64,000 nucleotides of DNA from Tubulanus polymorphus. Lineage: Eukaryota > Animalia > Nemertea. The notes below the pieces were generated by a model that saw nothing but the letters and a program-made list of their open reading frames with translations, did not search any database and was not told where the DNA came from. Position numbers and translations under genes: made by a program. This document shows positions 1 through 13,030 of this stretch, in pieces; position 1 is the first letter of the stretch; each line of letters starts with the position of its first letter. Where the stretch lies: assembly GCF_964204645.1 (NCBI RefSeq), contig NC_134036.1:10581859-10645858 (forward strand), read 5' to 3'.

Positions 1-865
1 CTAATAATGTAATACCTTCTACATCTAATAATGTAATACCTTCTACATCTAATAATGAAATAATATTAAATGTTAGTGAAAATAGAAATTACTGTGATTA
101 TTGTAAAGGCGAATTTTCAAACGCTCCATCAAATTGGAATAAACATATGAATACAAAGGTACATATTACTAATGTTATAAAACGTGTTGGTTTAAGAGAA
201 TTTATAGAACACCCATTTAGATATATTACAAAATTTGTTTCAAATAAAAAAGTAAATGGTAAAGAATTATATGAAGATTTTTTATTAGCAACGCCTAACA
301 AAGATGAATTAGATTTAACCGATGCTAATAAAATATTAGGATCAAACACTGTAAATGAAATATTAGGAGCAAACACTAATAAAGATGATAATGAAAATGG
401 TGCCGTATGGTACCCACATGGTGATATAGTTACAGATAAGCATATTGATATTAAAGATTCTATGAAACATAAAGTAGAAAAAAATGATAAATTTGATTGG
501 ATGAATAAGCATAACAATGAAACAACTATTGATGATGCGGTAAAAAGGGTGAAGAATAAGTATAAAAATAATGAAGAATTAGAAGAAGATTCGGTAGAGA
601 AATTGAATAGATTGTTAGGGTCTGATAGTGAAAGTGATTAAGATATTAATTATATTTAACTAAAATAATAATAAAGGTTGAAAATTGTGAAAATAATAGT
701 AAATAAAAAAGGGGGTTTTAAGTATTTAAGGTATCTAATACATGTATAATACAATCTCATACAATCTAATACATAAAATATCTTATTTTATAAACTGATA
801 TTCATATGGAAATTGAAACCTCAGTAATAATAAATAACCTTAATTATTTTCAAACTTATTCATAT
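1..865 (+). mobile_element. AT-rich Polinton/Maverick-like virus segment, left part (continues off the left edge; joins 12721 after removing the EnSpm insertion)
   Basis: Very AT-rich, intronless ORF. Shares a 43-bp block with the integrase gene at 15840 and the 'aagggggttttaagtatttaaggtatctaata' motif with 12781. TAT duplication at the EnSpm junctions. Confidence 0.65.
3..641 (+). CDS. 5'-truncated viral-type ORF with SNNVIPST repeats and a C2H2 (matrin-like) zinc finger
   Basis: The frame of ORF 147..641 is open back to position 3: NNVIPSTSNNVIPSTSNNEIILNVSENRNYCDYCKGEFSNAPSNWNKHMNTKVH (CxxC...HxxxxxH). Confidence 0.7.
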   Translation, partial: NNVIPSTSNNVIPSTSNNEIILNVSENRNYCDYCKGEFSNAPSNWNKHMNTKVHITNVIKRVGLREFIEHPFRYITKFVSNKKVNGKELYEDFLLATPNKDELDLTDANKILGSNTVNEILGANTNKDDNENGAVWYPHGDIVTDKHIDIKDSMKHKVEKNDKFDWMNKHNNETTIDDAVKRVKNKYKNNEELEEDSVEKLNRLLGSDSESD

Positions 866-1587
866 CCCATGTAGCAAATAAACGTTAAATGGACGTTATA
901 AGAAGGTTTAATTACAACATTGTAACGTTTGAATAAAACGTTACCAGAACGTTTGTATAACATCCATTTGTTAAGTTTTTTAGCTGTTAAATCAACGTTT
1001 CACTACAACGTTAAATGAACGTTGTCAAAGGAATCTTTATAACATTTCCAGAACGATTATCGAAATCCAAATAAAACCTTTCCTACACATAAAATGGACG
1101 CTGAAAATGTCAAATTATATATATAAGAAAATTTATTTCATTTTTCTTTTACAATAATTATAAGTTTTTTGTTGAATACATTTAAATCATCTCGAATCTT
1201 GAATAACGAATTAGAATGAACCCATACACTTTTTGAATATGAATGCATTTAAATAATCTAAATCAATAACGACCACATACACTTTTTAAGTATAGTGTAA
1301 ATACATAAAAATGACATTACTAAATTTGTAAAACTCAAAAATTTACGCGTGCACTCTTATTACGTCCAGTTATTGCATTTAATGTTCCTATTAATTATCC
1401 TACAGTAGACTCCGCTTAACTCATTTTCAATTATTGCTGATTAACGTCAGGTTCATCAATATCAGATTCAAACACATGACGATCTACTACCAAAGCAGCT
1501 GCTGCAGGGTTCTACAACACAATCATGACAAAGATGTAGAATTATGGCAATACTGATGAGTAAGAGAAGGAAGAACCTAGAATACTC

Positions 1588-1725
1588 GGGCCAGTTGCAC
1601 AGTCGTGACTCAAGTCCACAAGTGGTCTTATATCTTAAGACTAGTCTTAAGTTGTTAGATTGGCTATAGAACTAAATTGGTCTTAGACTGGTCTTAAATA
1701 TAAGCAATGACTGTGCAACTGGCCC
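1588..1725. mobile_element. PIF/Harbinger-like MITE
   Basis: TIR GGGCCAGTTGCACAGTC...GACTGTGCAACTGGCCC; flanks CTC/CTG (degenerate CWG-type TSD). Confidence 0.7.
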
Positions 1726-1979
1726 CTGGTCACTGGGTTGATGGCATACTAGTAATGGAACAGGCTTGTACTTGATAAAACTTTTAATTAAACTTATTTG
1801 ATGCCAACACTTAAAATCTACCAAAGAATTGAAAAAAAATAAATAATAACACGTTCTTCATAAAATCTTCCTAGTCTGTTGAAAAAATCAGATCTCAGGA
1901 CCTGCTAGACTAGGGGTTCAGGGACACCATGCCCGCTTGGGAAGTGTTTGAAATGCTCAACAATCAGAAAATTTCAATA

Positions 1980-2225
1980 TTCAACGCCCCCTGGTGAATA
2001 TATACTGAAACCAATGAAATTGAAACTCACCACATGTCATGAGCTACAATTTTGCAATTGATTTTGGTAACAAAATATGCTTAGGTATAAGTTATTCCGC
2101 TATTCAACGCCCCTGGTGACCATACAAAAACCAATGACATAGAAACTAACTACAATCATAGATGTCATGAGCTACAACTTTGCAATTGATTGTGGTTACA
2201 AAATATGCATAGGCGTAGGTACTAA
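1980..2225. repeat. ~122-bp direct duplication
   Basis: 'tcaacgcccc..tggtga...atgtcatgagctacaa.tttgcaattgatt.tggt.acaaaatatgc.tagg' occurs twice in tandem. Confidence 0.7.
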
Positions 2226-3088
2226 TATAAATAGATCAAATTGTATATGATTCAAAATTCACAAACCCGTTAATATTTTCATCATTTCATGTTCATATTT
2301 TCCTCTATTTTCCACCTACGAATAAGGAACCCTCCAATTGTGAGATAATTAAACCAAATATCAACACAATCCATTGAAGCGTCTTTAAAACTTCCCAAAA
2401 TAATTTGATGAAAAGTGAACGCAATAGCCCGCAAACGACGTACATTTCGGAGCCTTCAGGCGGGAGGGCATATTTAATTCTTTTGGCTATTTTGCTGGCT
2501 AATTTTCTGATGCGGGTGGGATTTGATAGTGATATGAAATAAAGTATCTATAAAGTTTTGTCTAAACACAGCAGAGCTTAAACATTCGGTATTTAATAAA
2601 CAACTTGTCGGTTGATAGCTTTGATTTCATACCTTGTATTTTGATCCACCTGGCTGAAAGGGGCAACTTTTCAAAAAATCAGCTATTCCACCATACATTT
2701 TCTCGCCATCAATGTTTTTATACATCTTTCGTAGTCTCTCTGGAAAAATTGTAAGGAACAGTTTAACAACATGGACACGCACGTTCGATGCTAAATTTAG
2801 GCTAGCAATATCTATTCATACCAAATGCCAAAAGATAACTTTGATTATGGATTTCATCTAGTAAGAGAAGTGATTTGTACAGATAGCCTATCTGTACTAT
2901 CATAGGTTAACGAGCGAAAGGTACATCCTGCTCCTTTGAAAAGTATGTATATTCATGACTGATTTATTTTGTATACTAAACAAGAAGCCCAAGGGCTTTG
3001 ACGTTGCAGTTATAAATATTATCACTACAGGGGCTCCTGACTGTTTTAGTTACCCTCAGCATTCTAAGTACTTAAATGAAGTGTTTTA

Positions 3089-3226
3089 AGGCCCATCTAC
3101 ACGAGAGGAAAATCCTTTATTTTCAATCTACACAAGAAAAGAATTTCCAAAAAGCCGCCTTTATCGGAGCCGTTTACTCGCGAGAGGCCCCAACGCGAGA
3201 GGCGGCTTTTCATCCGTGTAGATGCA
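3089..3226. mobile_element. small Harbinger-like MITE
   Basis: Imperfect TIRs CATCTACACG / CGTGTAGATG. Confidence 0.4.
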
Positions 3227-3535
3227 CGATATTTATTTTTTACATGACTGCAAACTTATCACAATAAAATACATAATATTCAATCAGGAGCAACTCATCG
3301 ATAATTAGAACCAAACAACAATGGCTGATTTGCAAGAATTGTTATAATGAACTGAAATCGTGAGAGTAATGACATTATATGCATGTGCAGTGGTTAGTAA
3401 GTGATAAACACATAATCGTGCGAAAAGGTGTTTCTGAATAAGTGATTTTCACGAATGGAAAATCTTGATTTCCAAGTGAAATCACAATTGTTTTTCTTCC
3501 TATGAAAAATTAAAGATGACTTTGAGAGGACTTAC

Positions 3536-6336
3536 TAAGGATGATTTTGCATACAGCAGTATCTACAAATGCAAAATTTTCCTTTCTTCCCGTACAAACT
3601 CCATGAGCTCCACATTTTATTGGTGCCAATATTTCTCATGATCTGCCTTATTTTTGCATTATGTTCCGCTCCTCTAATAGTGAGTAACCACGCAGTCTGT
3701 CAAAAAATAAAACAAAATCATGCCTTTTACAAAATATTATGTGGGACTCTGTTTAGGACTATGACTTCATGAATTGAAGGGACTACTATCTGAAGACTGA
3801 GCTATTAAAGTCTTAATTAATGTAGTCCAATATTGAAGACAGATAATCTTCGACTTCAGGAAGGAATATTTGATATGATGTTCAGAATAGAAAATGCCAT
3901 TTCATAGAATTATATTCAAGTAGAATGAGTTCATACTTGTAACAAGATGTACAATTTTATTCAATTTTTAAGGGCTGTTAGGGGAATGCATAAATGAAAA
4001 GGAAAAACAGACAAAAAGTGAAATTTAGGAAACATTAGCAAAGGGAATTAAACACATGAGCAACTTACAAATTTCTTACGAAATTCAGGATTATTCACTA
4101 ATTTTTCTTCCAGAGCTGCAAATTCCTCCTGGGTATTCAGTGGTTTATTTATTGGATCCTCATCATCGTTATCATCTGGTCTTAGAGCCACTTGGTTTCG
4201 CATTATACTAATAATTTCTTCCTGGTTATCAATAATCGTGTTTGCACATTTTACAATTGCTTCAAACCCCTGCAATTATGTACATGATAAAAATAACTTA
4301 ACAAGTGACAAAGCTTCAACTTGCGAAATGTTCTGGACAAGATCTGACATGACTGTAATACAGGATCCTATTTAATTTAAAACAAGAATAAAATTACTTA
4401 AAAACTTAATACTCGATTTTGGTCCGCGTCAACTTTGGATGCAATTGTCATTCAGTTGAGCGAAAGTTCCTATAAGACATCTTGGGAAAGATTGATTGGG
4501 ACTCAACAAAATATAATGTTTATAATTCTAATAGATCCTGAGGAAAAATGACATTAAACAAGTTAAAACAAGCAGAAAGAGCTGATTAACATCAGTAAAC
4601 AAACTTGTTATGAACTTGGTACTATGCTATAACTTCAACGCCAAAGTTGTGAAAATGGCTTAACAAAACAAACTAAAACCTTTCGAAATTAACACTTAAA
4701 GTACTATCGTTTAAACCTGAGTAGAATTTGGTATTTTCAAATTCAATTATCTGATGAAAAAAGTCTTTGAACAATGCTCTTACCTTGATCAAAATATCTG
4801 TTGATGAACCAACGAGACTCCTTACTGGTACTCTTGTTTGTTGCTGGACTGGAGTTGATTGATTTTCCCTTGAAGTAGATGATGGAGTCATAGGAGGGAA
4901 TCTTTGTGGCTGCACTGGTGCGGAGATCAATGAATTGCTCATTGAAGGCCTGCGTTGTGGAAGTGGGGTCGGAAGAACATTCTTTTGATGCGAGTAGGAT
5001 GCAGAGTTCCTTGAAGGCACTGGTGAAAAAATGTGATTCTATGTCACAAGCAGAACTACAATATAATATTGATTTTAACCCCCTCCCTGTACTTATTTAT
5101 ATACACTTTGTGCTCAAGATCAATTCTGCAAAAATCATTATAAATTTTGCAGACCTTTGAATTTGATTTCGAAATCGAAAATGCATCATTAATAAACCAC
5201 ACTTTTTCTGACTGTGAATACACTAGCACAGGCTTATTTCTATTAGATCTAGAATTGTTAAGCTGCAAAATGATGTTTAGCTGTACCTTGACTCATTAAA
5301 GAATCAGAGTTCTCCGATTCATCATCACTCCATCTAACAGGTCTTGTTCGTCGTCGTTTTTTTGGTTGCTCATCTTCTTCATCTGACGAAACATGAGAGG
5401 TTTCCTCACTTTTGAGCATCTTGGCGTGTGCTTCGCTATATGTTGCTTCAATGATATACAGTAAGACATTGCTTACGTTAATTGCTTTTAGATTATACAA
5501 AATGAAAAAGTCGAGTTCACTAGATGTTGAACTTCTAAAATGGTATAGTGGCAAATTATTGCCGGTCATTTTGTTCTAGAATCACTCTAGATGCTCAGAA
5601 AATGATCACTCAGAGTATAAAGCTTCATGCCTACACCGCTCGTGGTCATGTAACAAGTACGCCTCTGATATTTCGATATGGTAATATCGTATGGATATCG
5701 CCAGTCCCAGCCGATATGTTTTAAGCGTAGTTGACTAGTAGTTCAGTCATTTCACTACACGATTCAGCAACCATCCCCAGTGACAAACACATAGTGCAGC
5801 CAATAATATACTTACTACAGTACGATATAATTTTAACTTCATATTTCGGCCATCCGTCAGGCTTAGCTTTCCTCTGACACAATTTTACTGGATTCTTTAT
5901 CGGCCAATAACAATACCAGATCTAGTAAAAAAAAAAGTACAAAATGGATGAATTGGTATCACAAAATGTTCATGTCTTGTTGAGGATCTTTCCGACATAA
6001 GGCAGCTGGAATTGGCGGGATGATCTTGACAACCTTAAGAAGACTTATAGACAAATATTACTTCCATTTCAATTTGCCATTAACATATTTTCAAATGTTG
6101 AACTGTTGTTGAACAGTTAGAAGCATTTCAAACTTTCAAGCATTTGTCATTGATTCCAAGGACAATTATTGGGAGATCTGGAGGGACTGTATAAATCCAT
6201 GTTTTGGCAAAAAACACTGAGTATACAATGCAGTGTGAACTTACCGCTGAATTATTATCATCTTTTTTTCAAGCCAAGAAACGTGACTTACTCCGACTGT
6301 ATCATCCCTCGTAAAATGTACCACCACGTATTCCAT
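3536..6336 (-). pseudogene. Spliced second gene of the EnSpm element (DUF4806-like), decayed
   Basis: Exon fragments: MEYVVVHFTRDDTVGVSHVSWLE (from 6336), ATYSEAHAKMLKSEETS (~5445), KPLNTQEEFAALEEKL (~4140), and WLLTIRGAEHNAKIRQIMRNIGTNKMWSSWSLYGKKGK (3696-3536, with a frameshift); several have GT/AG borders. Confidence 0.65.
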
Positions 6337-6889
6337 CCTGAAAAAGGTAATGGGTCATTTCATGTAATATCAACCAAAACAGCATTCATACACCCATAGT
6401 CTTAGATTAAATGAACTTAATTTTTTGTCTATTGGTACCTTTAGAGGTTTAGAGATGCAAACACCCTCAAACAGCATCCTCCCAAATATTTGAGAGTATG
6501 TATTTTGATCCATAATTTTTTTTTCAATACATTGTATGATTGGCAATCAGTCAGTTCAATTTCCTATTCCATTATCAATCACCCACTCACTCACATAGCC
6601 GCAAAGCAGCGATAATGAATATTCTGCGTCAATGTTTACGTTAAATCCTTATTAAATTGATTTGTCTGAATCGTAGTCTGTAGCCCTGTCCTATAATTGC
6701 GGAATTCAATCGGTGCTGTCATCTATCCATAATGGTAAGAATATGCCATGATTCATCAGTGGCGGAATAATCAGTGGAGTCAAATTTACGATATTTATGG
6801 CTCGAACAGTGATTTTATAACACTGACTCATCAAAATGGAGATGGAGTATTTGTAGATTTAAGACACCTTAAGGATAATCCATGGTCCT

Positions 6890-8848
6890 TTAAGAACTAC
6901 CATGTATCAAAGTCATCAATGCAGCAGCTGTATTATCTATAGGAAACATTACTACTCTTTTACTCAGCTTAGAGATATGAACATCCTTTAAGAATGACCT
7001 ATGCCTATTTATCCTATATATCTGAACCAATCGAGAATCGCAAGGATTTTTGAATAGAGAATCTAGCCCTATGTAAGTCTTACAGGTAATGGTGTTACTT
7101 TCACCTGACAAGCTACCAATTATCTCATAACATTTGTTATTATCTATAAAGCAATCAGATTTTTTAAATTTCAATTCTTTATATGTGTATGCAATAGAGT
7201 TTTTATCCTCACTTAATCGCTTAACTCTCTGTGACAAGGGAAACCTAGCAGAGCGGACCATACTTTTCAACTGCTGCATATAATTTTCAAATGCAAAGCC
7301 ACTGTACCCGTCAAGATGACCATGCATTCTTACATCATTACAGATATCTACGAGACTGTGAATATTATACACAAGCATTTCAGGGCCGTATATGTTCCTG
7401 GCTTCCTTGACAAAATATATGAGCAACTGCTCGGCATAATCAATTTGTTCTTGGCTGGAGGCTGGTGTTGCTAGAATGCGAATTCCAACAGAGAGACACA
7501 AAAAGTGGCGAAACACATCATCACGTAATATATCCTTCAAAACAACAGGTCCAGTATACAATAGGAATTGCCTCAGTTCTGTAGCTTTCCAGAATTTTAC
7601 TTCCAACAAACTACGTGGCTTTCTCTGGAATATATCGGTGCGTATCGAAGGCTTTAGATGTAACAACCGGTCACTTATGGTAATGATATTTTGAGCAGAT
7701 ATTCTGACTTCAAGTTTTCCATACATCCAAGTTAGAAGCAGTCTCTTCATTACCCCCAAGCATATCTGATGCATATAGTCAATTGGAAACATGCCTATCA
7801 TGTCGATTTCCAATACGTTTGTGAATGGAGTTTCACCACGATGATGGACAGGCTGGGTTTTTGAGCGGAATGAAAAGTCGGTTCTCAAATTCAAATTTTC
7901 CACATCTTGGTACGTGAGTCACCCATGCCATTCTCCCCGCTGTTCGCACTTATTACACCCAAAGTACCCTGTGTAGCTACTAACATTACAAACGAACACT
8001 TTAGCTGGCAAATCACACACAATAAATTTAAGAACAATTCTTATTATCCGTCCATTAAGTTGTATACCCTGCCTAAGAAGGCTGATAATCTCATTTACTG
8101 TATCATCAATGAAGTCAAGATCTGCAGGTTTTGAGGTGCCACATGACAGGGCTACAGGAAACACAAGTGGTCGCTCAAAATTAAGTATAGCACACAGTAT
8201 GGGCCACAGAGCTACTTTTGTCCTCTTAAACAGTGGTAATCCATCAATGTTTAAAGCAAACTGTATGTCATCCATTGAATTTACTACATCTTCAGGTAAT
8301 CTCTTGAGAACATCGATGATACCAGACTCTAGGCCAATAAAATAATAATCCATGTTGGATTTTTTCATAGAATTTACATTTCGTTTAGTTTTCAGAAGTG
8401 CCCGCGCTGATTTGGGCAATTCTGGGTGGCTCTTCCTTAGAATCCCTAATAAAGCATCCATAGCATTATGCTTAATTTTGTACAAATTTACCCATTCTAT
8501 CAAATGAGATGATAACATCATCATATGATCATCACCATCCGAAGAAGAGTCACTCAATGTTGCTTCATTTAATTCATCAATGGCTACCCAATCGTCCAGG
8601 TTTCCATGCTCTACTGCTGGCACATCCAAATTAACTGCCTCATTAGAAGATTCATCAGAAAATTGAATGTCAGATTCACTAGATTCTTTTAACTGTTCAG
8701 TGGCATTATGTGTTTGGACAATTTCATTATCCTGATTATCATCACTGCTCATTTCACTGATTGATTCTCTAAGATGCATGTCTACTGTTTTTCTCATTGT
8801 ACGCCTAGCTCTCATATAGTTTCGACTGTACTTTCTCTTTCTATCCAT
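6890..8848 (-). pseudogene. EnSpm/CACTA transposase with one in-frame nonsense codon
   Basis: Motifs NIDGLPLFK, WPILC, IVCDLPAK, PIDYMHQICLGVMKRLL, WKATELRQFLLYTGP, YNIHSL, FAFENYM. ORFs 7919..8881 and 6890..7903 are in the same frame, separated by TGA at 7919-7921 (WHG*LTYQDV). Confidence 0.9.
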
Positions 8849-9749
8849 TTTGAAATACCAGGTATTCCACTGATCGACCACAGAAGCCTACCTATCAGAA
8901 TAACAAGGATGCTAATAAGACATTTGTTCACAAGCATGCCACCATAATGCCTTCTGAATGTAGAGCCTCCATTACTTACAGGATTTGACAAGAAACAGAA
9001 AATTTTACTGGGTATGATATGTAGTAGGTTATTAAAATTAACTACTTTAACTTATAGGCCCTAGTCAAAACTATCTCTGTTGTACCAACTTTGGTATTGA
9101 ATGATAAATCAAAGTTATATGGAGGTTCAGTCATTTTGCTAAATACTACATCAATTGCTCCTCTAGCAGTAGGAAAATGAATTATTTCTATTGATTTGTC
9201 AGAATTGCAGTCAAGCCCCACCCTATAATTGCAAGTCCTGTCACTCACGCTTCGATTCATCAAAATGTTATCAGTATCAATCAAGTGCTGCCATCTATTG
9301 AACGCATCATGAAACTAGCAGGGATTCCCTTTGAATCGCGTCGAAGCAAAAAATGCCATCAAATCACTTTCATTAAAACCTATTTTACGATTTTTAACAA
9401 CTCTCCACGATCTTAAGATGTTTTGCAAAAAAATGCCTTGTAGTAAACGCTATATCATTCACGTGATAGTGACAAACAGTCAATGAAACAATTGGCGACC
9501 GGTAATTTTTATCAGAGAAGTACTATTTTCTGAGAGATTTATTATATAGGCCCTAAGGGAAAAAATATTTTAAGTTGCATGTTTAACATGGTCACCCGAC
9601 CAACTTATGTTTATGTAACTGTAACCACCCATATATTTTGTTTTGGCCTAAACAGGTTTAAAAAAATCATGGTCATTTTTACTTCCAGTTTGATGCTGTA
9701 CAGACGGATTTTGCCAATTTTTTAGTAAGGATTTTGCATTCAGAAATTT

Positions 9750-10150
9750 TCACAATATTGCGGTTGTTTCGTTAATCCATACGATCTTCCAGCTTTGCAA
9801 ACGCAAATTTTCTGATTTTACGTCAATTCACGAACTCTATGCGCGATCTCAAAATGGCGACTGTCATCTCCAACAATGCTTAGCGCAATGCCGAACCGAA
9901 ATGAATTTTATTTCCAATTTATTTTCTGTGTATATTTACGTGAAATTCAGAAACTATTAAAACCTGATCGTGTTAATTCTAGCTTAAATAAGATAAAAAT
10001 TATTCTATTGAATTGTTACGAAATAAAAATTCACTGCGGACCTGTTGCTAGTTCAAGTTCAAAGTCGCCATTTTGAAGTCGCGTGGCGTGTGCGTGAATT
10101 GACGTAAAATCGGAAAATTCGCGTTTATTAACAAAACAACCGCAATATCC
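9750..10150. repeat. degenerate inverted-repeat element inside the EnSpm
   Basis: 'gattttacgtcaattcacg...aaaatggcgact' and 'atattgcggttgttt' are mirrored by 'agtcgccatttt...cgtgaattgacgtaaaatc' and 'aaacaaccgcaatat'. Confidence 0.55.
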
Positions 10151-10552
10151 AGAAAATATAGAATGTTTTGCGCATTGGAAGCCCTCGATCATCAAAATCG
10201 GTAAAGGATTTCGTGTGGAACTCAACGTTTTAAATTTCGAAATCGGCAAAAACCGGCGTTATAGCATTTTCGGTCCAGGCGATTTCGGCCCTAATTTCGC
10301 GTTCAAAGACATATAATTCACGAACTATTCATTGGAAGAAATAACGAAATAGTAAGCGACTGAAGTTGAGTTGTTTGTGAGCGTCGTTAGCCCCCTTGTT
10401 ATTTTATATATACTATATACTTTGGATTAACAGATTATCGTTTTTACATTACCTACAACTCTGATACGAGCCCCTGTGGGCTAGATAGATAAGTAGACTA
10501 CGAAACGGTAGATCCTGGGCCTGGTATAGGCGTAACAACGTCTGGTATTCAG

Positions 10553-11324
10553 CACAGTGGTTTGGCGATGGGCTTGGATTTTATTTCCGGGTTGTTGATA
10601 AACTCGCGAGAATGGCGCTAAATATGAACTGCGTATAAATTCAAAATATCACGGAAATACCTTGTGTTTATATTGTTTATTTATCCGCTATACAGTTTTG
10701 ATAAACAGTTGGTCGTTAAGAATCATTATCAGACGTGCGTCACGCTCTATATAAAATCACAAGGGATGAAACGCAGTTCAAGTCGTGCCAGCCAGAAAGT
10801 TGGGACAGTCACGTGACTTCAAGCTTCTTATTTGACTGAACGCGAACCTGAAGCATCTAAGATGGAAACTATGATACGAAAAATATTTGAGAATAACTTA
10901 CATTCAAATGCATTTTTTGACTATGAATTATACATTTCATCATAATTCTTTATAAGTTATTAATTTCATATGAATCATAATCTGACAATTGATATCGGTC
11001 TGTGAATATGTTAACTTTTCATGTTTAAGTTTTAAATGCGATGACGTCATCAGAATGTCACGTGACTGTCCCAACTTTCTGGCTGGGACAACTCTGAAGG
11101 CGTTTCATCCCTTGTGATTTAATATAGAGCGTCACGACCGTCTGCTGATGATGATCCTTAACGACCAATTGTTTATCGGAACTTTATAGCGGATAAATAA
11201 ACAATATAAACACAAGGTATTTCCGTGATATTTTGAATTTATTCGCAGTTCATATTGAGCGCCATTCTCGCGAGATTATCAACAGCCAGGAAATTAAATC
11301 CAGGCCCATCGCCAAACACCTGTG
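10553..11324. mobile_element. non-autonomous foldback DNA element (P-element-like ends), ~265-bp TIRs
   Basis: Starts CACAG and ends CTGTG; long inverted arms; 8-bp TSD GTATTCAG/GCATTCAG (1 mismatch). Confidence 0.8.
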
Positions 11325-12780
11325 GCATTCAGACTATCCGTCACTTATTGTCTTAGATTTCATCTTAAAATTACCTATTATTATTAGGCTACTAATGTTG
11401 CGCATACCAGAGTATTCGTCATTGAATAATTCCATGCTGGTTCTGGGCCAAAAAGTTGCGAAAATAGGACCAAAAGTTGGCAACTCGGCAAACAGATCTA
11501 AATCATTTGATCATGTTTACATTTTAGCGGCTCCACAACCAATACAAGTCAAATAAATCAATTTTAATATATCTAATTATCAAGAACGTGCTGCCATCTA
11601 TCAACCACAAATTAGACTGGTTTAGTGGTTGCGGCAACCAGTCTAATTTTGAACGAAGAAAATCTAGGCCTAAACAAAAATCAATCACTTGTTCAAATAA
11701 ATGAATAAATACATAGAGGGAGACAATATCTATATTTCAAGATTTGAAAAATTGCATAATGTGAAAATGGCTTAGCAACGAACTCCAAAAATAAAGCGAT
11801 CGCCGCTCCCGATTCCAAAGGTGCATTATTTTACATGCAAGTGAAGTGATTAAAAAATCCACGCTACGCGGGATTCTAAATATTATATCTCAATGTTATA
11901 TGTTACCAAAATTGGCGGATGGTTTTTGTGACTTTTTGAACTGACCAAGAAGACGCGGGGTAGACTTTAGGCGCCCGCAAGTAGCCTTATTTATGAAATA
12001 AATAATTTGAAAATTAACGCTTACATTCGAAATATATCTTCTTATAATTTTATGTCACCAAAATTGGCGGATGGTGTCTGGGACATTAGGATAAATTCAG
12101 ATTCTATTTCAAACTGGCCAACCCGGCCTTCACCACGCGGTTAAGAATTTGGCCAGTCCAGGCCTATGATTTAACCTGATTACAATGGAGGATAGAGACC
12201 TTTACCATAATTATTGAGTATACATTTCAAATCACGGATGCATGTTGAATGTTATGAGATGTAGAATGTTCAATAAAATATTACTTTACCTTCCAAATAT
12301 TGCGTTTTTAGGTCAGCTATCCCACGTCTGCGTTCAAAACGCTCAGTAAAATGGCGCGCGCGCGCTTGCGCATTCCGATCATTTTCGATGCACCGCGATG
12401 TAGTTCGAACCCCACACGTGGGATAAAATTCGTTTAGCAGAAAAAAGCTTTTTTTGTTTTTTGTTTACCTTGTTTCTGTATAATTTTTCCCAAAAAAATA
12501 TACAAATCCCATTAGGTTATATTATTCTATCCACTGTCAGTAACGTTTTCGGGTTACCAGCAGCGAACGTTAAATCAACGTTGTACTTGAACTGTAAACG
12601 AACGTTTTGGGTAAAATCACTATCAAATGTTCCAATTACGTTATTCTAGCAACATAACCATAATCGAACCTAACCAAAACGTTATAAAAGTTGTATAAAC
12701 GTTATGAGTTGCCTGGGTATATTAGTTGAAAAAATAAAAATAAATTGGTTGAAAATTGTATAAATAATATTTATTTTAAA

Positions 12781-12872
12781 AAGGGGGGTTTTAAGTATTT
12801 AAGGTATCTAATAGGGTATCAGGTATTAGGGTATCTAATAGGGTATCTAATAGGGTATCTAATACATAGGTA
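12781..12872. repeat. 12-bp TAGGGTATCTAA tandem motif following a block duplicated at ~709-740
   Basis: Directly visible repeats. Confidence 0.7.
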
Positions 12873-13030
12873 TATTTTAAACATATTTCAATATTTATAT
12901 TTGTATGAGTTAGATTTTTAAACATTAAAAGTGTTAGTAAAGTTTTATTGAAATAATTCATACATATTCATGAATAACATATAAATGAATAACTTCTAAA
13001 ATCAATTTAGTAAAAAAATATGTATAATAA

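Larger units (their letters stand above)
866..12717 (-). mobile_element. EnSpm/CACTA (CMC) DNA transposon, near full length, ~11.85 kb
   Basis: Ends CCCATGTAGC... / ...GTTGCCTGGG with AACGTT-rich subterminal repeats at both ends. Flanking TAT at 863-865 and 12718-12720. Internal CACTA-type transposase and DUF4806-like second gene. Confidence 0.85.

Noticed and set aside
98-517. Minus-strand 139-aa ORF and similar antisense ORFs (7476, 7907, 8109, 32914, 47524, 50467, 55786)
   Set aside because: Shadow frames of real coding sequence on the opposite strand.
7919-7921. Selenocysteine or programmed readthrough at the transposase TGA
   Set aside because: A CGA>TGA mutation is simpler; no SECIS is evident and the companion gene is also decayed.
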